A DNA stretch of 64,000 nt from Candidatus Moraniibacteriota bacterium (GTDB lineage Bacteria > Patescibacteriota > Minisyncoccia > Moranbacterales > DUUL01), in the NCBI GenBank assembly GCA_041596615.1, contig JBFHIG010000002.1, positions 3,162 through 67,161 on the forward strand. The letters run 5' to 3'. Below are positions 1-10,300 of this stretch, piece after piece (within the stretch, counting starts at the first letter, position 1; each line of letters opens with the position of its first letter). Under the pieces are notes generated by a model. That model saw only the letters and a program-made list of their open reading frames with translations. It made no database searches and was not told the DNA's origin. Position numbers and translations under genes: made by a program.

Positions 1-8
1 ATCTTCCT

Positions 9-1076
9 TTACCTTATTTTGAACTCTTCGATTTTTTCTTGCATATTATTATACGCAAAAAGCATCATCTCGTTTTCATTAAAATCAGTTCTCAAAAAAG
101 AAACTTCTTTTTTGTCTAATATCGAATTTTTCAAATTTCCGGAAGATACGTACGAAACATTTCCCTTTTTATAATAAGAAAACTTATCTTCATCGCCAAA
201 AACAACCAGGTTAACGTTATATTTTTCAAATAACTCGACAGTTTTATACCCCATAACTTCAGAGCAATCTTCATTGCAATCAATCAGAGAAAAAGTTTGC
301 TTGCTACCTGGTATTGAGTTATGTGAGACCACGACTAAATTCTCTTGTTTATTGTTCTTGAGTTCGCCTTCAAGCCAGTCAAGGCTTTTTTGATATTCTT
401 TTCCAAAGAAATTGGGCCCCAATAATATGAATTTTGCGCCTTTATATTCAAAGGAATGCGCGAAAAGCAATGCGCCAATCTCTTCGGTAGCGATCTTTTT
501 ACCGAACAAACTTTCACTCCAGCCATTGATGCATTTTTCTCCACAAGCAATATCACCTTTCCCAAAAGCAATGTTGAATTTTCCCTTAAAATCGAGTGAT
601 AGTATACTCTTTACTTTTTCTATTCTTTCGATATCAACATCGTCTTTATTTGTAAATTTAACAAGATCCCCTGTAAAAATAACTGGGCTAATATTTAAAT
701 TAGCTATTTCTTGCAAAGAACTTTCCATGGCTTTATTATCATTCTTTTCCTCCAACTCTCCTCCGATGAAAATTAATGATACTCTTTCTTCCCCATCGTC
801 CTCTTCGTTGTTATTATTTTCATTTTCTACATCTACAATCGAAACATCTTCATTGCTGACGTTTTTTAGTATTTCGACACCGTTAATCGTTCCTAAGCTT
901 ATCTTGCCGGAAAAATTTTTCTTATATTCAAGAACATTTTTTTCCCCAGCATCTAACCCCTCTTTTTTAAATTCCCGATTATCTCTGCTTGTATAATAAA
1001 ATAGCCCACTCACAAAAAAAGTAGTCAGGAGAATTATTCCTAAAAATATCGCATTCAGTCTCTGAATCAAATTCAT
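9..1076 (-). CDS. Membrane-anchored calcineurin-like metallophosphoesterase-fold protein with degenerate catalytic motifs
   Basis: 355-aa ORF with an N-terminal TM helix (AIFLGIILLTTFFVSGLFYY). It has a GD-type motif (IFTGDLV) and an H-containing strand (LVVVSHNSIPG). The DxH, GNHD and GHxH positions are not canonical (IFIGGELE, FGKGD, VVFGDED). The antisense ORFs at 335-571 and 412-996 are low-complexity shadows. Confidence 0.4.
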   Translation of the reverse strand: MNLIQRLNAIFLGIILLTTFFVSGLFYYTSRDNREFKKEGLDAGEKNVLEYKKNFSGKISLGTINGVEILKNVSNEDVSIVDVENENNNNEEDDGEERVSLIFIGGELEEKNDNKAMESSLQEIANLNISPVIFTGDLVKFTNKDDVDIERIEKVKSILSLDFKGKFNIAFGKGDIACGEKCINGWSESLFGKKIATEEIGALLFAHSFEYKGAKFILLGPNFFGKEYQKSLDWLEGELKNNKQENLVVVSHNSIPGSKQTFSLIDCNEDCSEVMGYKTVELFEKYNVNLVVFGDEDKFSYYKKGNVSYVSSGNLKNSILDKKEVSFLRTDFNENEMMLFAYNNMQEKIEEFKIR

Positions 1077-1198
1077 TTTTGTTTATTTTTCATAAAACAC
1101 AAATACAAATACATTATACAACGTATGCGCAAAACTTAAAAGCTGTTTAAAAAATTTCAGATAAACGAGGACTGGCCTTTGTTTATAAAAAAGTGGAA

Positions 1199-1227
1199 TT
1201 GAAGTTATCTATTTTTTCCTATATAAT
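1199..1227 (+). promoter_or_regulatory. Sigma70-like promoter upstream of lgt
   Basis: TTGAAG (1199-1204), a 17-nt spacer, then TATAAT (1222-1227), 25 nt before the lgt ATG. Confidence 0.4.
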
Positions 1228-1252
1228 TTAAAATATTTTATAAACAACTTAA

Positions 1253-2101
1253 ATGACTTCCTTCTGGTCCAGCCTTCCACAAAAAATAAATCCTGTCGCT
1301 TTTGAAATTGGCAATTTCAATATTCTTTGGTATTCAATTTCTTATCTTTTTGCATTTCTAACTGTCTATTTTTTTCTTAAACTACGGGTTCAAAAAAAGC
1401 ACTCCCTTGCAAAAGAAATTTTTCAAAACAAAGAGCCCTTTCTGATTTTTGAGAACCTCTTTCTTTATTCAATCATTGGGTTGATTTTAGGTGCTAAAAT
1501 AGGATTTATTCTTTTTTATGATTTTTCAAACTTTATTTCGAGCCCTTTGCAATCAATAAATCCTTTTCATGAAGGATCTTTCGTCGGTTTCTCTGGACTA
1601 TCTTTCCACGGCGCTGTTATCGGAATTGTGTTGATAGGCATTTGGTTTTGCAAAAAACATTCTTTGAAATTTTTCAGTGTTGCCAACTTCGTCATCTTAG
1701 CTGTTCCTTTGGGTTATTTTTGGGGAAGAATTGGAAATTTTTTAAACGGCGAACTTTATGGGAGATTCACAAAAAGCTCCATTGGGATGTGCTTTCCAAG
1801 GGCTGGGGATTGTAACCTTGGGATGAGACATCCCTCTCAACTATATGAAGCTATTGGAGAAGGGTTGATTTTATTTACAATTCTTTGGACTTTTAACAAA
1901 ACAAAAATTGGGCCTAGGATTATGTTTCCTCTTTGGTTGATTTTTTATGGAATAATTAGATTTGTAATCGAGTTCTTTAGAGAGCCTGATTTACAAATAG
2001 GATTCACTGCTTTGGGCTTGACAATTGGCCAACTATTGTGCTTTTGTATGATAATAACAGGGGCTGTTATTATCTTTCTTATTCTCCGTTTTAAAAAATA
2101 G
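1253..2101 (+). CDS. lgt: Prolipoprotein diacylglyceryl transferase
   Basis: 282-aa polytopic membrane ORF with the Lgt signature region GRIGNFLNGELYGR and HPSQLYEA. Confidence 0.9.
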   Translation: MTSFWSSLPQKINPVAFEIGNFNILWYSISYLFAFLTVYFFLKLRVQKKHSLAKEIFQNKEPFLIFENLFLYSIIGLILGAKIGFILFYDFSNFISSPLQSINPFHEGSFVGFSGLSFHGAVIGIVLIGIWFCKKHSLKFFSVANFVILAVPLGYFWGRIGNFLNGELYGRFTKSSIGMCFPRAGDCNLGMRHPSQLYEAIGEGLILFTILWTFNKTKIGPRIMFPLWLIFYGIIRFVIEFFREPDLQIGFTALGLTIGQLLCFCMIITGAVIIFLILRFKK

Positions 2102-2127
2102 ATTTTAAATTTTACAATTCTTTTCTA

Positions 2128-3249
2128 ATGAAAATTCTAGCTATCGAAACATCTTGTGATGAAACAGCTGTTGCAGTGCTACTTTGCAATGAGGAAACAA
2201 ATCGGATTGACTTACTTTCCAATGTTGTTTCCTCTCAAATCAAACTTCATTCAAAATGGGGAGGAGTTGTTCCAAATCTAGCTGCACGAGAACACCTAAA
2301 GAATATTACTCCTGTTACCAAAGAGGCGCTTGAAAAAAGTGATAGCAATCTAGCTGATATTAATCTGATAGCTGTTACAAAAGGTCCTGGGCTGATTCCA
2401 GCGCTACTGATTGGAACAAATGCCGCCAAAGCGCTGTCTTATGCTAAGTCGATACCGCTTCTTGGAATTCATCATGTTGAAGGACATCTTTATGCTCATA
2501 CAATTGATGGTAACTCAAAAGAAATCTATTTTCCTTTGCTAGCACTCACGGTTTCTGGTGGACACACGCAGATTGTTTTAATGAAAAATCAATTACAATA
2601 CGAAATAATTGGACAAACCCAAGATGATGCCGTTGGTGAGGCTTTTGATAAGGTCGCGAAAATGCTGGAACTTGGATATCCTGGCGGGCCAATTGTTTCT
2701 AAATATGCCAAAAATTTTGAACTAGAAAAAGAAAAAATTTCTAATAAAAAATTAAAAATGAAACTTGAATCAATTGAATTCCCCCGTCCCATGCTTGCGA
2801 GTGGTGATTTTAATTTCTCTTTTTCAGGCTTAAAAACGTCTGTATCTTACTTCTTCCAAAACATTCAAAAAATGAATTTGGATAGCGAAACTTTGGAGTT
2901 ATATAAAATGGCAATCTGTAAATCATTTCAAGATGCTGCAGTCGATGTTTTAGTAAAAAAAATGAGCAGAGCCACAAAAGAATTGTCACCAAAAACTGTT
3001 ATTTTAGCTGGGGGTGTCTCGGCAAACTTATTTTTACAAGAAACTCTCGAAAAGGAAATGCAAGCAAATTTCCCCGATGTTAAGTTTCTAAAACCAGCAT
3101 TGGAGTTTTGCGGTGACAATGCCGCCATGATTGGTGCTGCTGCTTTTGTGAGATACCAAAAACTAAAAAAGCTTGGGCAACTAGACCAACTCGAAACAGA
3201 ATGGAAAAACCTAGAAGCAGATTCAAATTTTAAGCTTGATAATCTCTAG
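2128..3249 (+). CDS. tsaD: tRNA N6-adenosine threonylcarbamoyltransferase
   Basis: The N-terminus MKILAIETSCDETAVAV, the HHVEGHLYA metal-binding motif and the GVSAN/GDNAAMIG C-terminal motifs are typical of the Kae1/TsaD family. Confidence 0.92.
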   Translation: MKILAIETSCDETAVAVLLCNEETNRIDLLSNVVSSQIKLHSKWGGVVPNLAAREHLKNITPVTKEALEKSDSNLADINLIAVTKGPGLIPALLIGTNAAKALSYAKSIPLLGIHHVEGHLYAHTIDGNSKEIYFPLLALTVSGGHTQIVLMKNQLQYEIIGQTQDDAVGEAFDKVAKMLELGYPGGPIVSKYAKNFELEKEKISNKKLKMKLESIEFPRPMLASGDFNFSFSGLKTSVSYFFQNIQKMNLDSETLELYKMAICKSFQDAAVDVLVKKMSRATKELSPKTVILAGGVSANLFLQETLEKEMQANFPDVKFLKPALEFCGDNAAMIGAAAFVRYQKLKKLGQLDQLETEWKNLEADSNFKLDNL

Positions 3250-3331
3250 TTTGTGTGCGATAGTATTATGTTGAGATTTATTTTCGTAAATAGCAATTTT
3301 CAGTAGTTTAAAAATCAAGGGAGGAAATCCT

Positions 3332-3802
3332 ATGTCAAAAAATTTGAGTGCTCCATTTCTGGAAAAATTTTTTCCTGTAATCGGAAAAGTATTATACTCA
3401 ATAGCCCTACTTTTAACTTTTGTATTTCTGTTATTTGATGCTAACCAAAAAAATAACTACGAAAAAGTGAAGCTCAATTATTCAATGGAGCTTGGTGACT
3501 TCATATTAAATATAAATGAGAAGATGAGCTTAACGGCAGAGGAAAATCTTGCCAGAATGCTTTCTTTAAAAAATGTGCTTCAGGCCGTTGACAATGAAGC
3601 ACTTTTGGAGGATGGTCTCATTTTGTCCCGAGACATTCTTTTGATGTCAGGATCTCCTGGGAATTACCGCATAAAAATACTCCTAAATAATTTTACAAGC
3701 AAGACAAGTAGGGATATAAGAAATAGATACATCAATGCCTTGAAAAAATTTTACAAGGCATATGATTTACAGATCTCTTCAATAGCTGGTGTTGCTGGCT
3801 AA
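3332..3802 (+). CDS. Hypothetical membrane-anchored protein
   Basis: 156-aa ORF preceded by a strong SD (AAGGGAGGAAATCCTATG). It has one N-terminal TM helix (VLYSIALLLTFVFLLF) and is followed by a perfect terminator hairpin. I recognised no family. Confidence 0.55.
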   Translation: MSKNLSAPFLEKFFPVIGKVLYSIALLLTFVFLLFDANQKNNYEKVKLNYSMELGDFILNINEKMSLTAEENLARMLSLKNVLQAVDNEALLEDGLILSRDILLMSGSPGNYRIKILLNNFTSKTSRDIRNRYINALKKFYKAYDLQISSIAGVAG

Positions 3803-3828
3803 AAAGATCTCAAACCACAAACTGTGGA

Positions 3829-3870
3829 AATAAGTCGAGTTCGAAAATTTTCGAACTCGACTTATTTTTT
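3829..3870. terminator. Bidirectional rho-independent terminator
   Basis: A perfect ~19-bp palindrome (ATAAGTCGAGTTCGAAAA/TTTTCGAACTCGACTTAT) is flanked by A and T runs. It lies between the convergent ORFs 3332-3802 (+) and 3873-6356 (-). Confidence 0.85.
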
Positions 3871-3872
3871 AT

Positions 3873-6356
3873 TTATTTTGATAACTGTCTTAAATCTTTC
3901 AGGCCAGCTCTTTTTCTAATTTCTGCCTCTACAATTTCTCGATCGCGTCCATATTTATATCTAGACAACTCTTTCAAAGCATCCCGCATATCCTTATTTC
4001 CCTCTGTTGGTGGATATGTTTTCATATCGAAAGAAGCTGAAGTTTTATTATTCATCAATAACTTCGCAAAGCATTGATAATTTGCCACATTAATCAAGTC
4101 ACTAGCATCAAATTCGGGAGTAAATTGTTTTTCGAGAAATTCTGCATCCTCTGAACCAACACGAAATGCACAAATAGAACCAACGTTACCAAAAACTGCC
4201 TTGGAAATATTATCCGAAAGTTGACCAATAAATTGATGCGCAATAATAAGCGCAAGTCTATATTTTCTTGCCTCTGCTAAAATTTGAGAAATTGAGTCTG
4301 TGGTAAAATTCTGAAACTCATCTATATATAGATAGAAATCCTTTCGATCTTTTTCATCAATATCAACTCGCGAAAGCGCTGCCATTAAAAGCTTTCCCAC
4401 AATAATCATCCCAAGCAAATGGCTGTTAATTTCTCCGATCTTTCCTTTTGAAAGGTTTACCAAAAGAATCTTTTGTTTATCCATAATATCCCTAAAATCA
4501 AAAGTGCTCTTTTGTTGTGAGATAATAGGACGCATAATGTCATTTGAAATAAATGTTGTTAATTTCGAAGTGATATATGGTGCGATGTTTTCCAATGCAG
4601 CATCTCCTCCGGCTTTTTCAGCTTCTTTTTCCCAAAAATCAACAACTGTTGAATCCTGACAACGCCTCAACTTTTCTTTTCTAAATTCAAGATCTCGAAA
4701 TACTCTTGGAACTTCCATTAAAGTCGATCCAATATCAGGACTATCCATAACCAACAACATAGCATTACGCATATATTGCTCAAACATCGGGCCTCCGGTC
4801 GATTTCAAATCATAGAGTTTATCAAAAATTGCCAAAGTCTCATTGATAACAAAAGTTTTTTGTTCTGGATGTTTTTGATCATACTCCATAATATTTAAAG
4901 AAAATGGTCTTTCCATGTCCGAGGGATCAAAATAAATTACATCATCAGCCCTTTCCTTAGGGATATTTTCCAAAATATGATCAATCAAGTCGCCATGTGG
5001 ATCAATCACGCACATTCCAGATTTTTCAGCATCCTGCTTTGCCATCTCTTCTATAAAAGTTGACTTACCAGTTCCAGTTTGTCCTACAATATATAAATGT
5101 CTTCTTCGATCATCTTCAGACAATCTTATTTCTGTTTTCGAACCCCTGAATTGACTGAAGCCAATATCCAGACCTTCTTTTGGGATGTCTACCGGCGGAT
5201 TAGATGTTTTAGATTTTAGCCAATTTATTTTTGGAGTCTCTGTGGTGGAAATTGGAAAATGAAAAATACTTGCCAGTTCCTCTGTATCTAAAATCATTCT
5301 GTGCTTATCGGAAAAATTTCTAAAAATATAATCATACGCAATTTTATGTGCGTTTTTAGCTTTGTTTCTAATGGCAATAAATTTGTTCAAGCTTGCATCC
5401 TCAAACTGAACAAAAGCATTTTCTAGTGATGCTAATATCATTTCTGCTCTCTCCTTGGTTGCAGCAGATGCAACCAAACGCACGTTGGCTTCGAAATGTG
5501 CATTTTTCACCTTAGCTTCCAATCTTGATATCACTTCTTGTTCTTCTGGTGTCAATGAAATCGGTGTCTTGCTGTCTCTTTGTTCTTGAACAGTTCTGCC
5601 AGTAAGAGCCCCTGATAATTCCGAACCAAGCCCTCTAGCTAAATGACCAGCATTAGAACTTGAAGCTTCACCTAGTCTTTTTCCTTGTTGCATTTGTTGA
5701 GCAGTTCTTATTCCCTGCTCTTTCCATTTCTTACTACTGCGACGTATAATAATTTGGATTGCTGCTCCCTCCTTTTCATCTTCAAGCTTTGATAAAGCAT
5801 TTGCAATGTTCTGTAAAGGATCTGATTCAAGATGTTTATATGTTCTGATCGGAAAAGAGTCCTCTTTTTTAAGCCTTAAACGACTTGCAACAGTAACACC
5901 ATCTGGCCTAAATATTGTATACTCAGAAGCACTTTCGATGTGAGCTGAAGGATAGAAACTGTGGATTTGCTTCTCAATCACCTCTTTGAAGCGGGCAGGC
6001 ATAGCTACGTAGAATACGATGCTTTCACTGTCAGAAGAAACTGCAATTTCAAGAGCAATGTGAGGTTCCCCAAAAATAATTCTATGAAAAAAATCCTTGT
6101 GTTGTGGCAAATCTGAAAGAGAAGATAGGAGTTGTTCCATTTTAGAAATTTCTTCCTTTTCTGCCGCTCCCTTAGTTTCTGGAGATTGTCCACTTTGAGA
6201 TTTAGGCTTTACAACTCTAATAACATCAAGTGTTTGATTTAGAGATTGAGTTAAATTTGCTCTGAATTTAAGATATCTTTGAAGCAATAACCATGCGCCA
6301 GAAGCAAGCATTATAAACCCAGTAAAGAATGAAAGCCCAAAAAACAAACTTTGCAT
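3873..6356 (-). CDS. Membrane-anchored P-loop NTPase of the VirD4/TraG/TraD-like (FtsK-HerA superfamily) type
   Basis: 827-aa ORF with an N-terminal TM helix (FFGLSFFTGFIMLASGAWLLL). Walker A is IVGQTGTGKST, Walker B is FYLYIDEFQNF, and a downstream LALIIAHQFIGQL segment follows. The size and layout resemble type IV coupling or AAA-like conjugative ATPases. This family call is from motif memory only. Confidence 0.65.
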   Translation of the reverse strand: MQSLFFGLSFFTGFIMLASGAWLLLQRYLKFRANLTQSLNQTLDVIRVVKPKSQSGQSPETKGAAEKEEISKMEQLLSSLSDLPQHKDFFHRIIFGEPHIALEIAVSSDSESIVFYVAMPARFKEVIEKQIHSFYPSAHIESASEYTIFRPDGVTVASRLRLKKEDSFPIRTYKHLESDPLQNIANALSKLEDEKEGAAIQIIIRRSSKKWKEQGIRTAQQMQQGKRLGEASSSNAGHLARGLGSELSGALTGRTVQEQRDSKTPISLTPEEQEVISRLEAKVKNAHFEANVRLVASAATKERAEMILASLENAFVQFEDASLNKFIAIRNKAKNAHKIAYDYIFRNFSDKHRMILDTEELASIFHFPISTTETPKINWLKSKTSNPPVDIPKEGLDIGFSQFRGSKTEIRLSEDDRRRHLYIVGQTGTGKSTFIEEMAKQDAEKSGMCVIDPHGDLIDHILENIPKERADDVIYFDPSDMERPFSLNIMEYDQKHPEQKTFVINETLAIFDKLYDLKSTGGPMFEQYMRNAMLLVMDSPDIGSTLMEVPRVFRDLEFRKEKLRRCQDSTVVDFWEKEAEKAGGDAALENIAPYITSKLTTFISNDIMRPIISQQKSTFDFRDIMDKQKILLVNLSKGKIGEINSHLLGMIIVGKLLMAALSRVDIDEKDRKDFYLYIDEFQNFTTDSISQILAEARKYRLALIIAHQFIGQLSDNISKAVFGNVGSICAFRVGSEDAEFLEKQFTPEFDASDLINVANYQCFAKLLMNNKTSASFDMKTYPPTEGNKDMRDALKELSRYKYGRDREIVEAEIRKRAGLKDLRQLSK

Positions 6357-6411
6357 TATTTTTTATTTTAAAAATTTATTTCTATTTTATTACCCACACT
6401 CAACCAGAGAG

Positions 6412-6912
6412 CTATTTGATTTCTTCCAACAGTCCTTTGCCAATCAAAGCTTCTCGGACCTTGGTCTCGACTAATTGGTCATGCACTCGATCTAAAATAT
6501 AGTTATTATCGATGTGTTTTGCTACTTTTATTGCAAAATAAGGATCCTTTTTGGAAGCTAGGTCAACAATTTTTGCGATTTGATCTTCTGGGTTTTGCAA
6601 CGAAGAAACATCTTTGGCATGAAATTTTACATGCTCCCTCCGCTTATCTGCGTCACTTCCTTTCGAATCACCATCGTCATCTTTTTGCACGGTCTTTACT
6701 GGCGATGGTGTTTTTGCTATTTGTTCTTTGGCTTGTTCCATCACTGCCTCACTCCTATGTACCATCTCCTGATTCCTCTTAATAAGCTCTTCCAATTCAT
6801 TCTCCCCATGACTCCCTTTATCTTCAGCTTTCTGGGCATTCTTTAGCTTTTCCGCAAATTCCTCTGAATCATTTTTAATTTCTTGTTCAATGTTCGTTTC
6901 CTGTTCTGGCAT
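6412..6912 (-). CDS. Hypothetical acidic protein
   Basis: 166-aa ORF, highly charged (E/K/D-rich) with no TM helix. It is co-directional with its flanking genes, with 42-55-nt gaps. Confidence 0.5.
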   Translation of the reverse strand: MPEQETNIEQEIKNDSEEFAEKLKNAQKAEDKGSHGENELEELIKRNQEMVHRSEAVMEQAKEQIAKTPSPVKTVQKDDDGDSKGSDADKRREHVKFHAKDVSSLQNPEDQIAKIVDLASKKDPYFAIKVAKHIDNNYILDRVHDQLVETKVREALIGKGLLEEIK

Positions 6913-6954
6913 TTTTTTACCTTACTTATTTATATTCTTCATTATTTTCAAGCT

Positions 6955-7338
6955 CTATTCTTCCTCGGTTACATCAACAATTTGATCAGTTTTAGATCCT
7001 GTTTTGGTTTCTTCTTTTCCGGCACTATCCATAAATTCTTTCATCTCCGTTTTGTATTTTCCTATCTCATCTAAAATAAGCTCCTCGATTCCAGGAAGAT
7101 TCTCTTGCAAAAATGCATCGACTGCTTCACCCTTCTCATCATCCGAGTTTATTACATCAGCAAATTCGACTTTTTTATCTTCGGGAAGCTCAGTAACAAT
7201 TCTCAGAACAATTCGCTGTTGAATTATTTCTCCCATTTGAATTAATGTTTCCTCTCTTTGTTCTTCTGGAAGCTCATTAATCCCAAGCTCCTTTATTAAG
7301 TCGATTTGCGCAGCTTTTATATTTTCTTTTAAAGACAT
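6955..7338 (-). CDS. Small acidic helical protein (resembles the CPR-restricted DUF5663-like family, from memory)
   Basis: 127-aa ORF. The pattern LGINELPEEQREETLIQMGEIIQQRIVLRIVTELPEDKKVEF matches what I recall of small CPR helical proteins. It starts 11 nt after the stop of the giant ORF. Confidence 0.5.
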   Translation of the reverse strand: MSLKENIKAAQIDLIKELGINELPEEQREETLIQMGEIIQQRIVLRIVTELPEDKKVEFADVINSDDEKGEAVDAFLQENLPGIEELILDEIGKYKTEMKEFMDSAGKEETKTGSKTDQIVDVTEEE

Positions 7339-7349
7339 ACTATTTAAAA

Positions 7350-10300
7350 TTATTTATTATATTGCTCAAGATATTTAACTAGTTTAGCTAATTCCTCAAG
7401 CTGTTCTTTTGTTATTGTGTTTCCTTTTGCTACATATTGAGAAATGCTCTCACCGATACTATGGTCCTTGAATCCTATTTCCGTATCAATCTTTAGAGCA
7501 ATATCAACAGCCTTAGCATGTTCTATATAAAAATCGATTTCATCCCCATCGCCAGATTCAGCTGCTTCTTTAGCCAAAACAACATTTTTTACCTCAGCCA
7601 AAAGGTCATTGCCTTTTGTTTCGGTAAGAAGTTTTTCGTCCTCTGCCGAGAGTTGACTCATAAGTTCCTTAATATCTGCTTTTTCAGCAACTTTTTCCAG
7701 TTGCTCTCCTTCTGTTTCTGCTGTTTTTTTCACTTCAGTTTCATCTTTTGCGCTTTCTAATTCTTCTTCTATAATTGCATTTTCTTGTTCATCCTTTAAC
7801 TTTTCTTGTTGAAGACGACTTATGTGCTTACTTTTCTCGGGTGATATAACAGTTTTTTCAACATCTTTTGGAGTTGAGATTTTCTCTTCTGAAAACTGTT
7901 CTTCTCCTTCCCGAATAAATTGTTCATCTCCTTCATCAAGAATAATGGCTTTTGGTTGCAATAGATCGTTCCCAGAAAGTATACCGTTTTCTACTGTCCT
8001 CGTGTTGTCACCCTTTTCAATAGACCTTTCAAATTCTTGAAAAGATTCTGGCCTCACTTTTTCTGAAGCATAATCTCCTCTCAAAGCATTTTCCAGCCTA
8101 ATTTCTCCTGGAGTGTTTATCATGTCCTTATCGATTTCATCAAAAGCAATCTTTGCCATTATTGCCATTCTTTCAACTTCTCTAATATCAACAAAGTCTA
8201 GTTCAGCTTTCGATTCCAGTGATAAGTTCAGCGCATTACTCCTCCAAGCATCAATTGCTTCAGCTTTTGTTTTTGGAAAATTATCTAACTCTTTTAGCGT
8301 CATTTTACTAATAGCTCTCCAGGCCTCATCTTTTTCATTAATCTTCAGTTCTTTTAATTTCTCGCTAAGCTCATCTGCTGTCAGGATTTTAAATTCACTA
8401 TCAGCATTATCTAAAAAAGATTCTTTTATCATTTCATCAGAAGCACCTGATTGTCTCTTGGTTACCACTCCCTCTTGCTCTTCTGTTGGCAAAGATTCGT
8501 GTGCTACTTCTCCAACTTTTTCAGAATCATTTATTACACTCGCGCCTCCATCAGTTTCAGCAATTTGATTCGCCTGCAACTCTGCCTTAGCTCTTTCAAG
8601 ATAACTTTGTTCCAACGGTTTGACTCTCTCTTTCCACAAAGCCTCTGCCTTTTCTTTGGAAATTATTTTCGCATGCTCATTAACAAATTTATCATGTGCT
8701 GCTTGAAATTCCTGATATGCCTTGGTTTTGGCTAAATCTCCTTCTCTAAAAGCGCTCGGGGTTGTTTCAAGTCTGGCTTGCTCAAGATATTTAGGCCTTT
8801 CATCTTCTATGAGCTTAAGCCAAGCTGCTTCATTCTCATGAGATTTTCCCCCATGTTCTTCAATAAATTTATCATGTGCTTCAACACTAAATTTCCTTTG
8901 ATATTCTTCAAAAGCCTTGGTTCCGGCAAATCCCGTTTTTCCCAATTCATCGTTGGTTGCTTCAAAATCTCTGCCACCAATAGCTATATTGTTTACTTTT
9001 TCTGTTGTGACTCCTAACTTATCGGTACTTTCGACTGTCGCTGCACTAGCTTCACCAGCATGATTTTCTGTTGTTATTTTTCCCGAATCTATAGAGGTAA
9101 GAGAGCTAAGGTCAAAATACATATCGAGCATTTTTATTCCCCCTCCTGCAACAAAGCCAGTAATTCCAGCGGCGGCCATAGCTTTTATATTATCATTCCT
9201 TTCGAGATTCATTTTCTTTTGTATCATCGAAACCATATCCATCTTCCCTTCCTCAAAATATTTATTTACAGTTTTTTTCTCAATCTTTTCCCCTCTCTTC
9301 TCTCTTGTTGATTCACCCCAAACAGAGACATCTCTGAATGCCATACGACTAAACTTGCCACCTATAAAAAACCTGACTGTTCTCATTGTTAAGCTTGAAG
9401 CGCCAGCTCCCATGGCCGTACCAACAGCAGCTCCCCCAGCCAAGGCGATACTTCCACTAAGAACACCTGCCAATGCTATGCCACCTGCAACTTTCCATTT
9501 CTTTGGAATTTTCTGATACCCTTCAAAAAGTTTTTCAGCAATTCCCTTATCACGTTCATTTAGAATTTCTTTTCTCGCCTGATTCAACTCTAACATTTTA
9601 TTATTAAGGTCCTGCATCAAACTTATTTTCTCTATCTTTTTCTCTCCAGCTTCATTGGTTTTTTCTAAATCAATAATTTTTTCTGAAAATATATACTCTC
9701 GCATCGATTTAATTTTTTCCTCACCCTCTACTTTACTGTGTTCCAATGCATTTTTTCTACTTTGCGCTCTTGTTTCAATAAAATCAGCATGCGCGTCCTT
9801 AAAAGCTTTTTCGGCTTCTTGCATCGCATCTTTTGCATTCTGCAGCTCCTTCATTGCTTCTGCATCCTCACCAAAAGCAATTCCCATTTTTGCAAGATTT
9901 CTTTTGACAATCGTTAGTTTATTTCCTTTTTGTTCAAAGTTTATTTGCGCATTTTTCCATGCCTCAAATTTACTATTCATTTCTACTTGAGTTCCCTTTT
10001 CTGACTTTTTTTCACTTTCATCTTCTGGGCTTTTCCCTTCGCTCTCATTTCTTCCAACAATTTCATCAAAATTCAATGGCGCACTTTCAGACTCAACAGC
10101 TTTTTCCTCTTCCGATTTTGAAACATTAACACTCTCTCCTCTTATTTCAAGTTCTTTTCTGTATTTACGTATGCTAGCCTCCACTTCCTGGAACTGATCT
10201 TTTTTCTCAGTATTGGTTTTATCTTTGTCTAGCAATAAACCATTTCTAATCTCATTTAGTTGAGAAAGTTCATCTTGCAACACAGCAGTGTCTACATCAG

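Noticed and set aside
412-996. Long plus-strand ORFs opposite annotated minus-strand genes (also 8113-8568, 9655-9990, 18407-18889, 39660-40004, 28144-28509, 31728-32075)
   Set aside because: Their S/L/F/I-rich low-complexity translations are typical of antisense frames in AT-rich coding DNA. The opposite strand carries recognisable conserved motifs in each case.
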